Source: an uncultured virus (IMG/VR IMGVR_UViG_3300025061_000003)
Taxonomy: Duplodnaviria > Heunggongvirae > Uroviricota > Caudoviricetes
Virus record (IMG/VR): IMGVR_UViG_3300025061_000003
Length of the DNA stretch: 64,000 nucleotides
Reading direction: 5' to 3' (one strand)
The position numbers and the translations under genes are program-made. Positions 50,831 to 60,284 of the stretch are shown piece after piece. The stretch's first letter is position 1. Each line of letters begins with the position of its first letter. Under the pieces are notes generated by a model. It ran no database searches. It saw nothing but the letters and a program-made list of their open reading frames with translations, and was not told the DNA's origin.

Positions 50831-51631
50831 ATGTCAATTACTATTAATACACTTGAAAAAGCTAAAAAAATTACAAAATCTCTTTTTGATTACTCAAAAA
50901 ATAATAAAACAACTTTATCTGGTTTTCGTTCTTTATTTTCGCGGGAATGTGGCTTTAATGAACTTCAAGACGCATTTCAAAAAGAAAATGAAAGAAAACG
51001 TGAATTTGTTTTAAGTCAATATATTTCATATCTTGATGATCCTCGCGTTACAATCGAAGTAGCCAGAGAAATTGGTGAAGATTATGACAAAGCAAAATCA
51101 TATTTTGAAGAACATTTCCAAAATCACGATGGCATTATGTTTCCCGTTTTAAATGCCTCAATGCTATATAATCGTTGTCAAGAAATTCTAACACTTTTTG
51201 GAGAACTTGAATGGTTTAATACAACAAGCGCTTTCAAAGCCCTAACAAAGATGTCTTTTGAAAAATCTCGTATTCGCTATGTCAGTGAAGATATCGGAAA
51301 CTACGGAAATCCAGAACTTATTGTGGCAATTGAAACTATGGAATTGTTTTTCAGAAATGGCTCTGATGGTTTTGAGCAGTTTGTTCAATATAATCACGAA
51401 GAAGACTGGACTCCAGAGGACGGTTTTTATAATCTTTATAAAAAAGTTAAGCTTTTAACTCGTGGATTTATTTTTAGCCAATGCAATGTAGGTCAGGGAA
51501 TAAATGATTCAGTTCATAGTAAAAATAAAGAAATTCGAGAAAATATTAGAAATAAAAAATTAAAAGCAGAAGAACTTAAAGAAAAAAATCTTAAAGTTTT
51601 CTATCGTGGCACTTGGTTTTCGGGATTTTAA
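50831..51631 (+). CDS. hypothetical protein with Glyoxalase_8-like N-terminal helical domain
   Basis: TLEKAKKITKSL...LFSRECGFNEL pattern. Confidence 0.5.
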   Translation: MSITINTLEKAKKITKSLFDYSKNNKTTLSGFRSLFSRECGFNELQDAFQKENERKREFVLSQYISYLDDPRVTIEVAREIGEDYDKAKSYFEEHFQNHDGIMFPVLNASMLYNRCQEILTLFGELEWFNTTSAFKALTKMSFEKSRIRYVSEDIGNYGNPELIVAIETMELFFRNGSDGFEQFVQYNHEEDWTPEDGFYNLYKKVKLLTRGFIFSQCNVGQGINDSVHSKNKEIRENIRNKKLKAEELKEKNLKVFYRGTWFSGF

Positions 51632-51632
51632 T

Positions 51633-51941
51633 ATGATTAAAAAAATTAAAACTTTCTTTATTAATTATCTTTGTGGCAATCTTTGCCACAAAGATGTTAG
51701 TTTAAATAAGCAAAAAATAAAAAAAGAAAAATCTTCTGAAGATATGTTTAGAGAAAAATTTTTTGTGCAAGCAAAAGCTGCTGATAAAATGTTTAAAGAA
51801 GTTAGCAATAGAGAAAAAAATATATCAAAAAAAACAAATACTATTCGTAAGAAATATAATCGTAAAAATAAACCTAATAATGATCATTTTGTTTCTCCTT
51901 TAGGAAATTCTTTTAATTCTTGTAACAGTAAAGAAGATTAA
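51633..51941 (+). CDS. basic hypothetical protein, paralog of the next ORF
   Basis: QAKAADKMFKEV vs HAKATDKMIKDI. Confidence 0.65.
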   Translation: MIKKIKTFFINYLCGNLCHKDVSLNKQKIKKEKSSEDMFREKFFVQAKAADKMFKEVSNREKNISKKTNTIRKKYNRKNKPNNDHFVSPLGNSFNSCNSKED

Positions 51942-51943
51942 TT

Positions 51944-52357
51944 ATGAAAAAAATCAAACAATACTTTGTTAATATTTTTTATTATTTTTTTAATAAAAAA
52001 GTTAATAAAAATATTTTTCAAATAGATGATATTTTAGGTCATCCAGAAGTTGTAAAACATGCAAAAGCAACTGATAAAATGATTAAAGATATTGAAAAAA
52101 AACACAAAGAGGCGCGCATTCATAGAGCAAAATCTAAAGAACATATTCTTAGAAAACATTTTGGAAAAGAAGTTTATAAAAAAGGATTCTATGAAAGAAA
52201 AGATGTCATTGATTTCATTATGACTTCCTACCATTTTAATGATCCACAAAGTAAATCTAGTAACTATCATTCAGGAAAAGGCAATGCTAATCATGATGAT
52301 AATAATCATTCTACAAGTCATTCTGGTGGCTCTTGTGGGAGCTGTAGTGACGATTAA
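51944..52357 (+). CDS. basic protein with His/Ser/Gly-rich tail
   Basis: paralog of the previous ORF; ends HSGGSCGSCSDD. Confidence 0.65.
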   Translation: MKKIKQYFVNIFYYFFNKKVNKNIFQIDDILGHPEVVKHAKATDKMIKDIEKKHKEARIHRAKSKEHILRKHFGKEVYKKGFYERKDVIDFIMTSYHFNDPQSKSSNYHSGKGNANHDDNNHSTSHSGGSCGSCSDD

Positions 52358-52423
52358 ATTTTAATGGCTTTTTTTATTTTGATATGTTATTATTATAAAT
52401 CTTATTAATAATTAGGACTTTTT

Positions 52424-53047
52424 ATGAGAAATTTAAGAAATTTATTTAGTAAAGAGAATATAAAAAACTCTATTAAGCAAACTCGAATTCAAGCTATTTT
52501 ATTTAATGTATTAATATTTCCATTAATATATTTTTTGCCACCTGAATATTTAGGACTTTCTATTGCTTCTCTTGGTTATCCAAGTGGGTTGTTTTTAAAT
52601 ACTTTTATTCATGCTGGAATATTGCATATCGCTATGAATATGTTAGTTACTTATCAATTTGGTGAGCTAATCGATGAACTTTATCAAAAGAAAGAACAAT
52701 ACCTTCTTTATTTTGCATTAGGCATTCCCATCACAGCTATTATGTATCTATATATTTATACATTACAACCAGAAATCTTATTAGTAGGTTATTCAGGAAT
52801 TGCTATGGGATTAGTTGGTGCTTGCTTTAGATTTTTTCCTAAACCTGCTAAAAAGTCTATTGCATTACAGCTTATCATCTTCCATGTCATTATTATTGCT
52901 TTTGAATTATCTGTTTCTTGGGAAGCGCATTTAACAGGATTTGTTTTTGGGATGCTTTACTCTTACAATAGATTTTTATATAAGCAACCTCAAAATCTAC
53001 CTGATGATTATGACGGTGAAGATAATCGTTCTATTGCTAATTTTTAA
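52424..53047 (+). CDS. rhomboid intramembrane serine protease, C-terminal SIANF
   Basis: FIHAGILHIAMN, GYSG, WEAHLTG; multiple TMs. Confidence 0.9.
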   Translation: MRNLRNLFSKENIKNSIKQTRIQAILFNVLIFPLIYFLPPEYLGLSIASLGYPSGLFLNTFIHAGILHIAMNMLVTYQFGELIDELYQKKEQYLLYFALGIPITAIMYLYIYTLQPEILLVGYSGIAMGLVGACFRFFPKPAKKSIALQLIIFHVIIIAFELSVSWEAHLTGFVFGMLYSYNRFLYKQPQNLPDDYDGEDNRSIANF

Positions 53048-53057
53048 GAGTGTTTAA

Positions 53058-53900
53058 ATGAAAATACAAACACCTATGCAGACGTTAAGAGATCATTTGA
53101 AAAATTTTGATCTCTTAACTAAGCAATTTAATCTTACAAGAAAACGCTTTCAACATAGAAAGTCTAAATCTGCTATGTATCCTCATAAAGACAAAAAGGC
53201 TATTCACTCTGACTTTTTAATGGTTTTTTATCATGATACACTTGGTAAAGAAGATTCTTTTGGTTTTAAATTTACTTATTTGGATACAAAGAAAAAAGAA
53301 GTTATTAAAGAACAATATTTTGAAATTAATTTTAAAATTAATGGAGAAATATATAATTCAAAACTTTTTTCAATTCAAGAAGCTAAATCTGTTCTTAAAT
53401 TTATTAATAATTCAATAAAAGAAAATCATTTTGATAAAATCTCTTTCTTTGAATTTTTAAAAACAAATTTTATGATTTCAGATAAAGAGTTGATTAATAA
53501 TTATGAATTATTTGAGGCTGAATTTAATAAAGAGTCTAAACATTTGCAAAAAGAACTTATATTTCAAGAAGCCAATTCCAATACCTTATTTAAACTAATT
53601 AGAACAAAAGAAGTTGAGTTGTACGAGTTTGTTAACGAACTTGAAGAAACAAAACGAATTGAAATATTGGAATTAAAAATTAAACAACTAAGAATGCAAG
53701 TAAATCAGAAAAAATTAGATAAATACAATGAATTAGAAATAAAAAAATATAAAGATTTATTAGAACACTCAAAATCCAAAATTGATATTGTCATTGAAGA
53801 CATTAATCGTTTAATTATGAAAATTAATAAAAAATTTAATATTAAATCTTCCATTGTTAATAAATTTAAAAATAAATTTTCCCAAAATGATGAATTTTAA
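53058..53900 (+). CDS. coiled-coil hypothetical protein
   Basis: 280 aa ORF. Confidence 0.65.
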   Translation: MKIQTPMQTLRDHLKNFDLLTKQFNLTRKRFQHRKSKSAMYPHKDKKAIHSDFLMVFYHDTLGKEDSFGFKFTYLDTKKKEVIKEQYFEINFKINGEIYNSKLFSIQEAKSVLKFINNSIKENHFDKISFFEFLKTNFMISDKELINNYELFEAEFNKESKHLQKELIFQEANSNTLFKLIRTKEVELYEFVNELEETKRIEILELKIKQLRMQVNQKKLDKYNELEIKKYKDLLEHSKSKIDIVIEDINRLIMKINKKFNIKSSIVNKFKNKFSQNDEF

Positions 53901-53936
53901 ATTTTTTATATTATAATAGTATTAAAAGGATTTAAT

Positions 53937-54452
53937 ATGACTAAAAATGAAATTTTATTTAAAAAACTAAAAGGTTCTGTATTGGCTTTTGTTGATTATT
54001 CTACTGATCCTAATGCATATATGCCTGAAACAGTTAAAAAGGATTATCTTGAATTAAAGGAAATGGAAGGTTTAAAAAAAGAATTTGGATATAATGCACT
54101 ACCTTCTTCTGGATTATCAACTATTACTAAATTAAAAGAAAGAATTGATACTTTTAATGAGAATATAAATTCTTTAATTGATAAAATTAATTTATTTAGC
54201 AATCTTGATATTGATATCAATAATAAAATAACACAAATGGAAAGCTTATCTGAAGTTTTAAAAGTTAAAGGAAATACTGTTAAAGAAAAATCAATTTTTC
54301 AGGCTAATCAAGAAATGAATTTTGTATTAAATAAACACAAACAAACATTAAATGTAAATTTACCAGATGATAAAGAATTGATAGGTGAAATAGAAAGTTT
54401 ATTAGAAACTAAAAATAGTCCTCAAAAATATACAAAGAAGGCTTCATATTGA
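53937..54452 (+). CDS. hypothetical coiled-coil protein
   Basis: AAGGA SD and promoter. Confidence 0.7.
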   Translation: MTKNEILFKKLKGSVLAFVDYSTDPNAYMPETVKKDYLELKEMEGLKKEFGYNALPSSGLSTITKLKERIDTFNENINSLIDKINLFSNLDIDINNKITQMESLSEVLKVKGNTVKEKSIFQANQEMNFVLNKHKQTLNVNLPDDKELIGEIESLLETKNSPQKYTKKASY

Positions 54453-54471
54453 AGCCTTCTTATTAATCACT

Positions 54472-54891
54472 TTAATTTTCTTTGTATTCTTTTAATTCAA
54501 AATAAGCCCTATATCCATAAATATAATTCATCGTTAATTCATAATTTTTTTCTTCTGTTATTTTAAATCCAATTTTTTCTATCATTTCTTTATTTATATC
54601 TAATTTTTCTTTTTCTAATAAATAAATTGCCTTTATTATATAAGTTTTTTCTTGTTCTAATGCTGCTTCCTGATAGTCAAGCTCTACAACTCCTTCTTTA
54701 AACTCTATATCTCTAAAAATATTTAATACTGTTTCATGCTGGTTTGAGGTTTTTATTTCATAAGCCACTTCATCTACTTCCATTTCATTTACTTCCATTT
54801 CATTTAACCAATCACTTATTAAACCTGCACTCGTTAAGCCAGAAAATAATATAATAAAGCTTGCCATTATAATTTGTATTGTGTTTTTCAT
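54472..54891 (-). CDS. secreted acidic hypothetical protein
   Basis: signal peptide; AAGGT SD. Confidence 0.7.
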   Translation of the reverse strand: MKNTIQIIMASFIILFSGLTSAGLISDWLNEMEVNEMEVDEVAYEIKTSNQHETVLNIFRDIEFKEGVVELDYQEAALEQEKTYIIKAIYLLEKEKLDINKEMIEKIGFKITEEKNYELTMNYIYGYRAYFELKEYKEN

Positions 54892-55037
54892 TTTAATTAC
54901 CTTTTTTATTTTAATTTAATCATTATATATTAAATACTCTTTATTTTCAATTATTTTGTTTCAATTTTAAATCCAACTTGATATTTAATCTATATTGTTT
55001 TATAATATTCACTTCTTTTGGCAACTTTATACTTAAT

Positions 55038-55520
55038 ATGATTAAAAGTAAATTTAAAACAAATACAGAGTCAAGAAGTTTTTATTTGAAAAATAAAGAC
55101 ATATTGCTGAATACAAAAGACTTTGTTAATCATTCAGTGTTTTATATAGAAAAACACTATTTTCAACATTTTATTGAATCAAATTCTTTTGTAAAATTTT
55201 TATTTTATAATTTTTTGGAAAAATTTATTAGAGAAGAATTTAAAGATTCTTTATTAAAATTAAAATCAAAATCTTGGCTTTATGTTTTTGATTTTAGAGA
55301 TAATACTTTTATAATAAAAGATAAACAATTTATTTCTTTTGTTGATGATAAAGAGTTAAATGAAGAATTTAAGAAAGAATTTACTTTTTTATTTTTTGTA
55401 TGGTTTATTGAAAATAATCATAAATTTAACATTAAAAGTCAAATGCATTCATCTGCTGTAAAAGCTATATTAAGTAAAAAAGATAAAATATTAATTAAAT
55501 CAAGAATGAGAGATTTTTAA
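55038..55520 (+). CDS. hypothetical protein, C-terminal RMRDF
   Basis: probable ATG 55038. Confidence 0.65.
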   Translation: MIKSKFKTNTESRSFYLKNKDILLNTKDFVNHSVFYIEKHYFQHFIESNSFVKFLFYNFLEKFIREEFKDSLLKLKSKSWLYVFDFRDNTFIIKDKQFISFVDDKELNEEFKKEFTFLFFVWFIENNHKFNIKSQMHSSAVKAILSKKDKILIKSRMRDF

Positions 55521-56065
55521 TGAAAATTAAAGAAAGACAAAATCAAGAAGAAAAATTTAAAAATTATTTAATTTCTTCTCTAAACTTTGTAACAAAAGAT
55601 AGCGATTTATATACAGAAATTAAATTAAAAATTAAACAATCTAATTCAAATACTTTTTTTTCTGACTATCATTCTAATTTTAATAAACTTTTTTCGACAA
55701 ACAAAGAATTTGTTAAACTTGTTATAGATAATAAAATTGTAGAACATTCTTATTATTATAATGATTTAACTACATTAATTTCTTATTATTTTAAAGATGC
55801 TGATATTGATAAAATTGTTTTTTTTGCTGAACTTTATTATATCCATAAAGAACTAAATCAGGTAGAATTTATTATTTCTAATAATTTAACCAATCTTTAT
55901 AAAAGAAAACATCATAGGTTAACTTATTTTCTTTTGAATGCTTCAATAATGAGAATTTTTTGCATAAGAAAAGAACTTACTTTAAAAAATATTATAAAGA
56001 AAACACCCAAACTTGGTAGCATTTATAAACGAATTAATGTTATTAATAATATAGACTCTTTTTAA
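55520..56065 (+). CDS. hypothetical protein, C-terminal NIDSF
   Basis: TAATG coupling. Confidence 0.7.
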   Translation: MKIKERQNQEEKFKNYLISSLNFVTKDSDLYTEIKLKIKQSNSNTFFSDYHSNFNKLFSTNKEFVKLVIDNKIVEHSYYYNDLTTLISYYFKDADIDKIVFFAELYYIHKELNQVEFIISNNLTNLYKRKHHRLTYFLLNASIMRIFCIRKELTLKNIIKKTPKLGSIYKRINVINNIDSF

Positions 56066-56107
56066 TTTTTTTGTTATAATACTACTTTTAATAACAGGAA
56101 AAATAAT

Positions 56108-56410
56108 ATGTCTTCTAAATATTACTGTTTAAAATGCCAAGCACCTAATAGCGGCTGTAAATGTGGTAATACTGATTATCATTTCTCTTATTCTTATAAA
56201 TTAAGAGTGCCTACTTCCATTAAGAATAAAGTTTTATTTAGAAAATTTTTAGATGATTGCCCTATTTTTGTTAACTGTGTGCCTGAAGAATTAAAACCTG
56301 CTTTTAGAGATTTATTAAGAAAAGTTAAGTATTTTGATAAATCTATCAATGGTAGAACTTCTGTTATTGTTAGAAAAAATGAAAAAATGGAAACAGACAT
56401 TTTTAAATAA
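56108..56410 (+). CDS. small zinc-ribbon-like protein
   Basis: CLKC...CKCG. Confidence 0.65.
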   Translation: MSSKYYCLKCQAPNSGCKCGNTDYHFSYSYKLRVPTSIKNKVLFRKFLDDCPIFVNCVPEELKPAFRDLLRKVKYFDKSINGRTSVIVRKNEKMETDIFK

Positions 56411-56476
56411 TTTTATTTGCTTTCCAACTTTTTTATTGTTATAATAAACCTATCTTAATTAATCAGGTAAAAAACT

Positions 56477-56827
56477 ATGAATGGACGTATTGATATTCAA
56501 ATTCCAAAAAATATCACTCCTTTTTTAGACGCTGCATTTACTTTTGTAGCATTACAATCAACCATTAATTCAAAATATTCTTCTGGATTTGATAAGTTTG
56601 AATTTAAAAAACGTTTTTCTTCTTCTATTCAAGATAGCGTTGATTTTAAATTTCAAGCGAATGAAGATGAATTAAGACTTATCTTTGATTTAACACGCTC
56701 TCTTATGAACAATCCACAATTTATGACAGCAAAAGAGCGTCAAGATAACAATTTAACTGACTTTTCTGATTATATTGATAAGCAAGTTAAACATTACAAA
56801 ACTCTTTATATTAGCTCACATTTTTAA
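56477..56827 (+). CDS. hypothetical protein
   Basis: promoter and AGGT SD. Confidence 0.7.
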   Translation: MNGRIDIQIPKNITPFLDAAFTFVALQSTINSKYSSGFDKFEFKKRFSSSIQDSVDFKFQANEDELRLIFDLTRSLMNNPQFMTAKERQDNNLTDFSDYIDKQVKHYKTLYISSHF

Positions 56828-56866
56828 TGTGAGTTAATTTATTATTAAATTTCTGGAGAATTTTAA

Positions 56867-57382
56867 ATGAATAAAAATTTTAAAGTCGGTTTGTTTGGTA
56901 CTTGTGGTAGTTCAACTTGGCGTAAAGACTTTATTGAAACATATAAAGAACTTGGTATTGATTATTTTAATCCACAATTAGGTGAGGGCGAATGGACTCC
57001 TGAATGTGCGGATATTGAAAATCAACATTTTAAAACTGATGAAATTATTTTATTCCCTGTTACTAATGAAACTACTGGTCTTGGATCATTAGCAGAAGTT
57101 GGATTCTCTATTGCTGAAACCCTAAGAAATCTAAATGAACGTTATTTAGTAGTTTATATAGATCCTGATTGTATTGATTCAAAAGCTGATGCCAATGAAA
57201 TTAAAACTTCAATAAGAACACGTAAATTAGTATCTTCAAAAGTTGAACTTGAAGCTGATATTAATGAAAAAGTATTTGTCGTTAATTCATTAGAAGAAAT
57301 GAAGTCTCTTTCAATTGAAATTGCTAAATATATTAAAGAAGATTCTTTCTCTAAAACACAAGAATTTTTTAAGGTTGGTTAA
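56867..57382 (+). CDS. nucleoside 2-deoxyribosyltransferase-like protein
   Basis: LFGTCGSSTWR, YFNPQ..W, SLAEVG. Confidence 0.7.
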   Translation: MNKNFKVGLFGTCGSSTWRKDFIETYKELGIDYFNPQLGEGEWTPECADIENQHFKTDEIILFPVTNETTGLGSLAEVGFSIAETLRNLNERYLVVYIDPDCIDSKADANEIKTSIRTRKLVSSKVELEADINEKVFVVNSLEEMKSLSIEIAKYIKEDSFSKTQEFFKVG

Positions 57383-58027
57383 ATGATTTATAAACTTAAT
57401 TCATTAGAAAAAGATTCAGTTTTAAATCTTTTTGACTTTGATTATGATGAATTTTTCTTTTATGAAAACATTGAAAGAGAAGATTTCATTAAAGCTTTAT
57501 GTTATTTTTTATCTTTTTTTTCAAATCAAAAAAGTATAGAAAATATTCAATCAGCCTATTATTCAATACAAAATTCATTTGGTTCTGGTGAAGAAGAACA
57601 GTTTTTTAAGAATTTTATTTTTATTAATAAAATTTTAATAGATAAATATAATTTTTCATTTCTTCGAATTATTTTAAAAGATTTAGATACAATATCAAAA
57701 TTTGAAGTAGACAGAGAAGAATACATTATTTATACCTGTGAAGAATGCAATGGTAAGGGCGAAGTTTTTTGTAATGAAGAACAAAACTCTATGCATATTT
57801 GTATGGAATGTGGTGGTTCTGGTAATGTTGAATTGTATAATCCAAATTATGATATGTTATCTAATAGAGATATTGATAAAATAAAACATATTGAATTTAA
57901 TTTTAAAAAGAACATTAAAAATATTATCAATACTGTTGTGCAAATAATTTTAGAAGAAGAATTACATCCTGATATTGGTGAAGTTTATAAACCTTATAAA
58001 ACCATAAATAATGTAAAAAACTTTTGA
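57383..58027 (+). CDS. protein with DnaJ-type zinc-finger pair, C-terminal NVKNF
   Basis: CEECNGKG and CMECGGSG. Confidence 0.7.
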   Translation: MIYKLNSLEKDSVLNLFDFDYDEFFFYENIEREDFIKALCYFLSFFSNQKSIENIQSAYYSIQNSFGSGEEEQFFKNFIFINKILIDKYNFSFLRIILKDLDTISKFEVDREEYIIYTCEECNGKGEVFCNEEQNSMHICMECGGSGNVELYNPNYDMLSNRDIDKIKHIEFNFKKNIKNIINTVVQIILEEELHPDIGEVYKPYKTINNVKNF

Positions 58028-58068
58028 TTTTGAGATTAATTATTGATACAATTAATTTTATCAATAAT

Positions 58069-58109
58069 GAGCCATAAATCCTCGCTCAATTCGGGCAGGA
58101 ATAAATCAG
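58069..58109 (+). repeat. IS200/IS605-end-like palindrome, copy A
   Basis: AAATCCTCGCTCAATTCGGGCAGGAATAAAT; near reverse complement of 60672-60711. Confidence 0.65.
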
Positions 58110-58292
58110 AAAAGGAAACTTTATGAACAGTTTTTTATTAAATATGCTTCTTTCTACTAAAAATATGTTTCTTTCAGAAGATGAAAAGAGATATTTAAGG
58201 AATGAAGATATTGATTTAAATTTGAATCAAGTATGGACTCTTCCTTTTGATGTCGCTGATAAGTATTGTGAACCTGTCATTATTTCAATTAC

Positions 58293-59857
58293 CAAAACCA
58301 TTAAAAAGAATGCCCCTTGATTCATCTATGGGGATGAATTTTTAACCTTTTTTTTATTTATTCTTCAATTTATTTCAATATGTTATTGAAATAAATTGAG
58401 ATTGTATTATAATTCTACTATGAAAAACTTTAAGCAACTCTATCTTCTCACTATTAAAAATATACTTATTAAACATAAGTACATCTCTAATTTAAATGAG
58501 TTTAAAAATTTAGTTGATTTATACAAAACTAAAAAAAGAGTCGCTAAATCTCAATTTAAAGAACTTGCTAATAAACACAACTTATCTAAAAGTGATATTA
58601 AAACAAAAACTTTCCGATAGAGTATTTGATACTTATTATAAATGGGTTTGTAAAAAAGGTGGTAAACCACGTTTTAAATCTTGGAAAAACGGTATACGTT
58701 CTATGGAAGGTAAATCTAATACGTGTTTATCTTTTAAAAATAATATTTTTTCTTGGAATGGTATTAAATCCGAAATTATACTTCAAAATAATGATAAATA
58801 CGGTGTTCAAGAACACGCTTTAAACTCTACTATTAAATTTTGTAGAATTGTTAGAAAAATAATAAAAGGCAAACCTAAATTTTATTTGCAACTTATTTTA
58901 GAAGGTTTGCCAAAACTTAAATCTAACCAAATCTTTAATAATGGTAGAAATGGCATTGATATTGGTGTATCAACCATAGCTTCGGTAGGTAAAGAAAAAG
59001 CATTACTAACACCATTTTGCCAAGAACTTAATGACATTGAAAAAGACATTAAAAACATTCAACGTAAAAAAGCTCGTTCTTTAAGATTAAATAATCCTGA
59101 TAATTATGAAAACGATTCTTGGGTTATCAAAGATAAACGTTTTCTTAAACGTAAAGGAAAAAATATTAAAGGTAAATCAAATTGGATTAAAAGTAATAAT
59201 TATTTAAAATTAGAAAATGAACTAAAAGAATTACAACGTTTACAAGCGTCTAAAAGAAAATACTTGCATAATGTATTAGCTAATAAAGTACTTGAAAACG
59301 GTAATGATATAATTATTGAAAAAAATAATTATAAAGCGTGGCAAAAAGGATTATACGGTAAAACAATCGGTAAAAAAGCACCAAGTTTATTTGTACAAAC
59401 GTTAAAACGCAAAGCTTTAAAATCTAGCGGAACGTTTGAAGAAGTAAGTACTTGGAATACTAAGTTTTCTCAATATTGTCATGTATGCGATGGGTATCAT
59501 AAGAAATCACTATCACAACGCATACATACTTGTGGTGAAAACGAAATAACACAAAGAGATCTCTATTCAGGTGTATTGTTATACCATTATGATCTCGAAA
59601 AGAAAAAAGTTAATAGACAATCAATTATAGATAATTGGTCGGGTATAGAAACGTCCCTAAGACAAGCCCTATTAACTTTAATAAAATCTCGAAACAAAGG
59701 TGATATACCCAAGTGCTTGATACCAAATGGTATTGAGAAGAGAGATTGGCTTGTGAAAGGTTCTTTGAGTGCTTAATTAAATTTGGATGCTATTTTATAG
59801 CACTCAAAAGATTAAGTAGGACAAGAACCCCCTTTCTTTAGATATGGGGAGTTTCAG
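58293..59857 (+). mobile_element. non-autonomous IS200/IS605-family (IS608-like) element, tnpB only
   Basis: Follows TTAC. LE CAAAACC..AATG-CCCC..GGGG hairpin; RE GAAC-CCCC..GGGGAGTT-TCAG. No target duplication, no tnpA. Confidence 0.85.
58396..59776 (+). pseudogene. tnpB: TnpB nuclease, frameshifted near 58600 and probably N-terminally truncated
   Basis: GKPRFKS, GIDIG, IIIE, FSQYCHVC..HTC, QRDLYS; N-terminal part in a different frame (58396-58620). Confidence 0.85.
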
Positions 59858-60053
59858 AGCAATCAACAAAACCAATAATACAGTGACTTATACTACTAAT
59901 TATTTAAAAGGTGATACACTGGAATGCTCTATTAAAGAATTTAAAACAAATCATGAACTACAAAAATAAAGCATTAAAATTCGATAAAATTATTGAAAAA
60001 TAAACCTTATTATTTTATAATAGTTTTTTAATTTTGAGATTTTGGAGCAATTT

Positions 60054-60284
60054 ATGAAATTTTTATTTTTAATTTTAACAGTTCTTTTTTTAAGTGCTTG
60101 TACACCTTCTCATCAAAATAAAACACAATCTTTTTCTTTACCTCCTGAATTATCTGATTGTAAAGTTTTTAGGTTATCAAATGACATGGGAAATATTATT
60201 TATGTTACTCGTTGTCCAAATTCAACAACCAATACTTCAACAACAGGTAAGAACGCTCAAAGTGTTACAGTCATTGAGAACTAA
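60054..60284 (+). CDS. small lipoprotein
   Basis: LSAC lipobox; DCKVFRL..IYVTRCP. Confidence 0.75.
   Translation: MKFLFLILTVLFLSACTPSHQNKTQSFSLPPELSDCKVFRLSNDMGNIIYVTRCPNSTTNTSTTGKNAQSVTVIEN

Larger units (their letters stand above)
58123..59969 (+). pseudogene. 93-aa hypothetical gene split by IS insertion
   Basis: Removing 58293-59857 rejoins ...VIISI-T-AINKTNNTVTY...HELQK in frame. Confidence 0.8.

Noticed and set aside
7401..58027. C-terminal Phe as the BamA beta-signal of outer-membrane proteins
   Set aside because: Carriers lack signal peptides and alternating beta-strand patterns; the tails look helical
58293..59857. IStron (group I intron-IS chimera), suggested by the TCAG end and in-gene insertion
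   Set aside because: Only ~100 nt lie between the left end and the tnpB remnant, too little for a group I catalytic core
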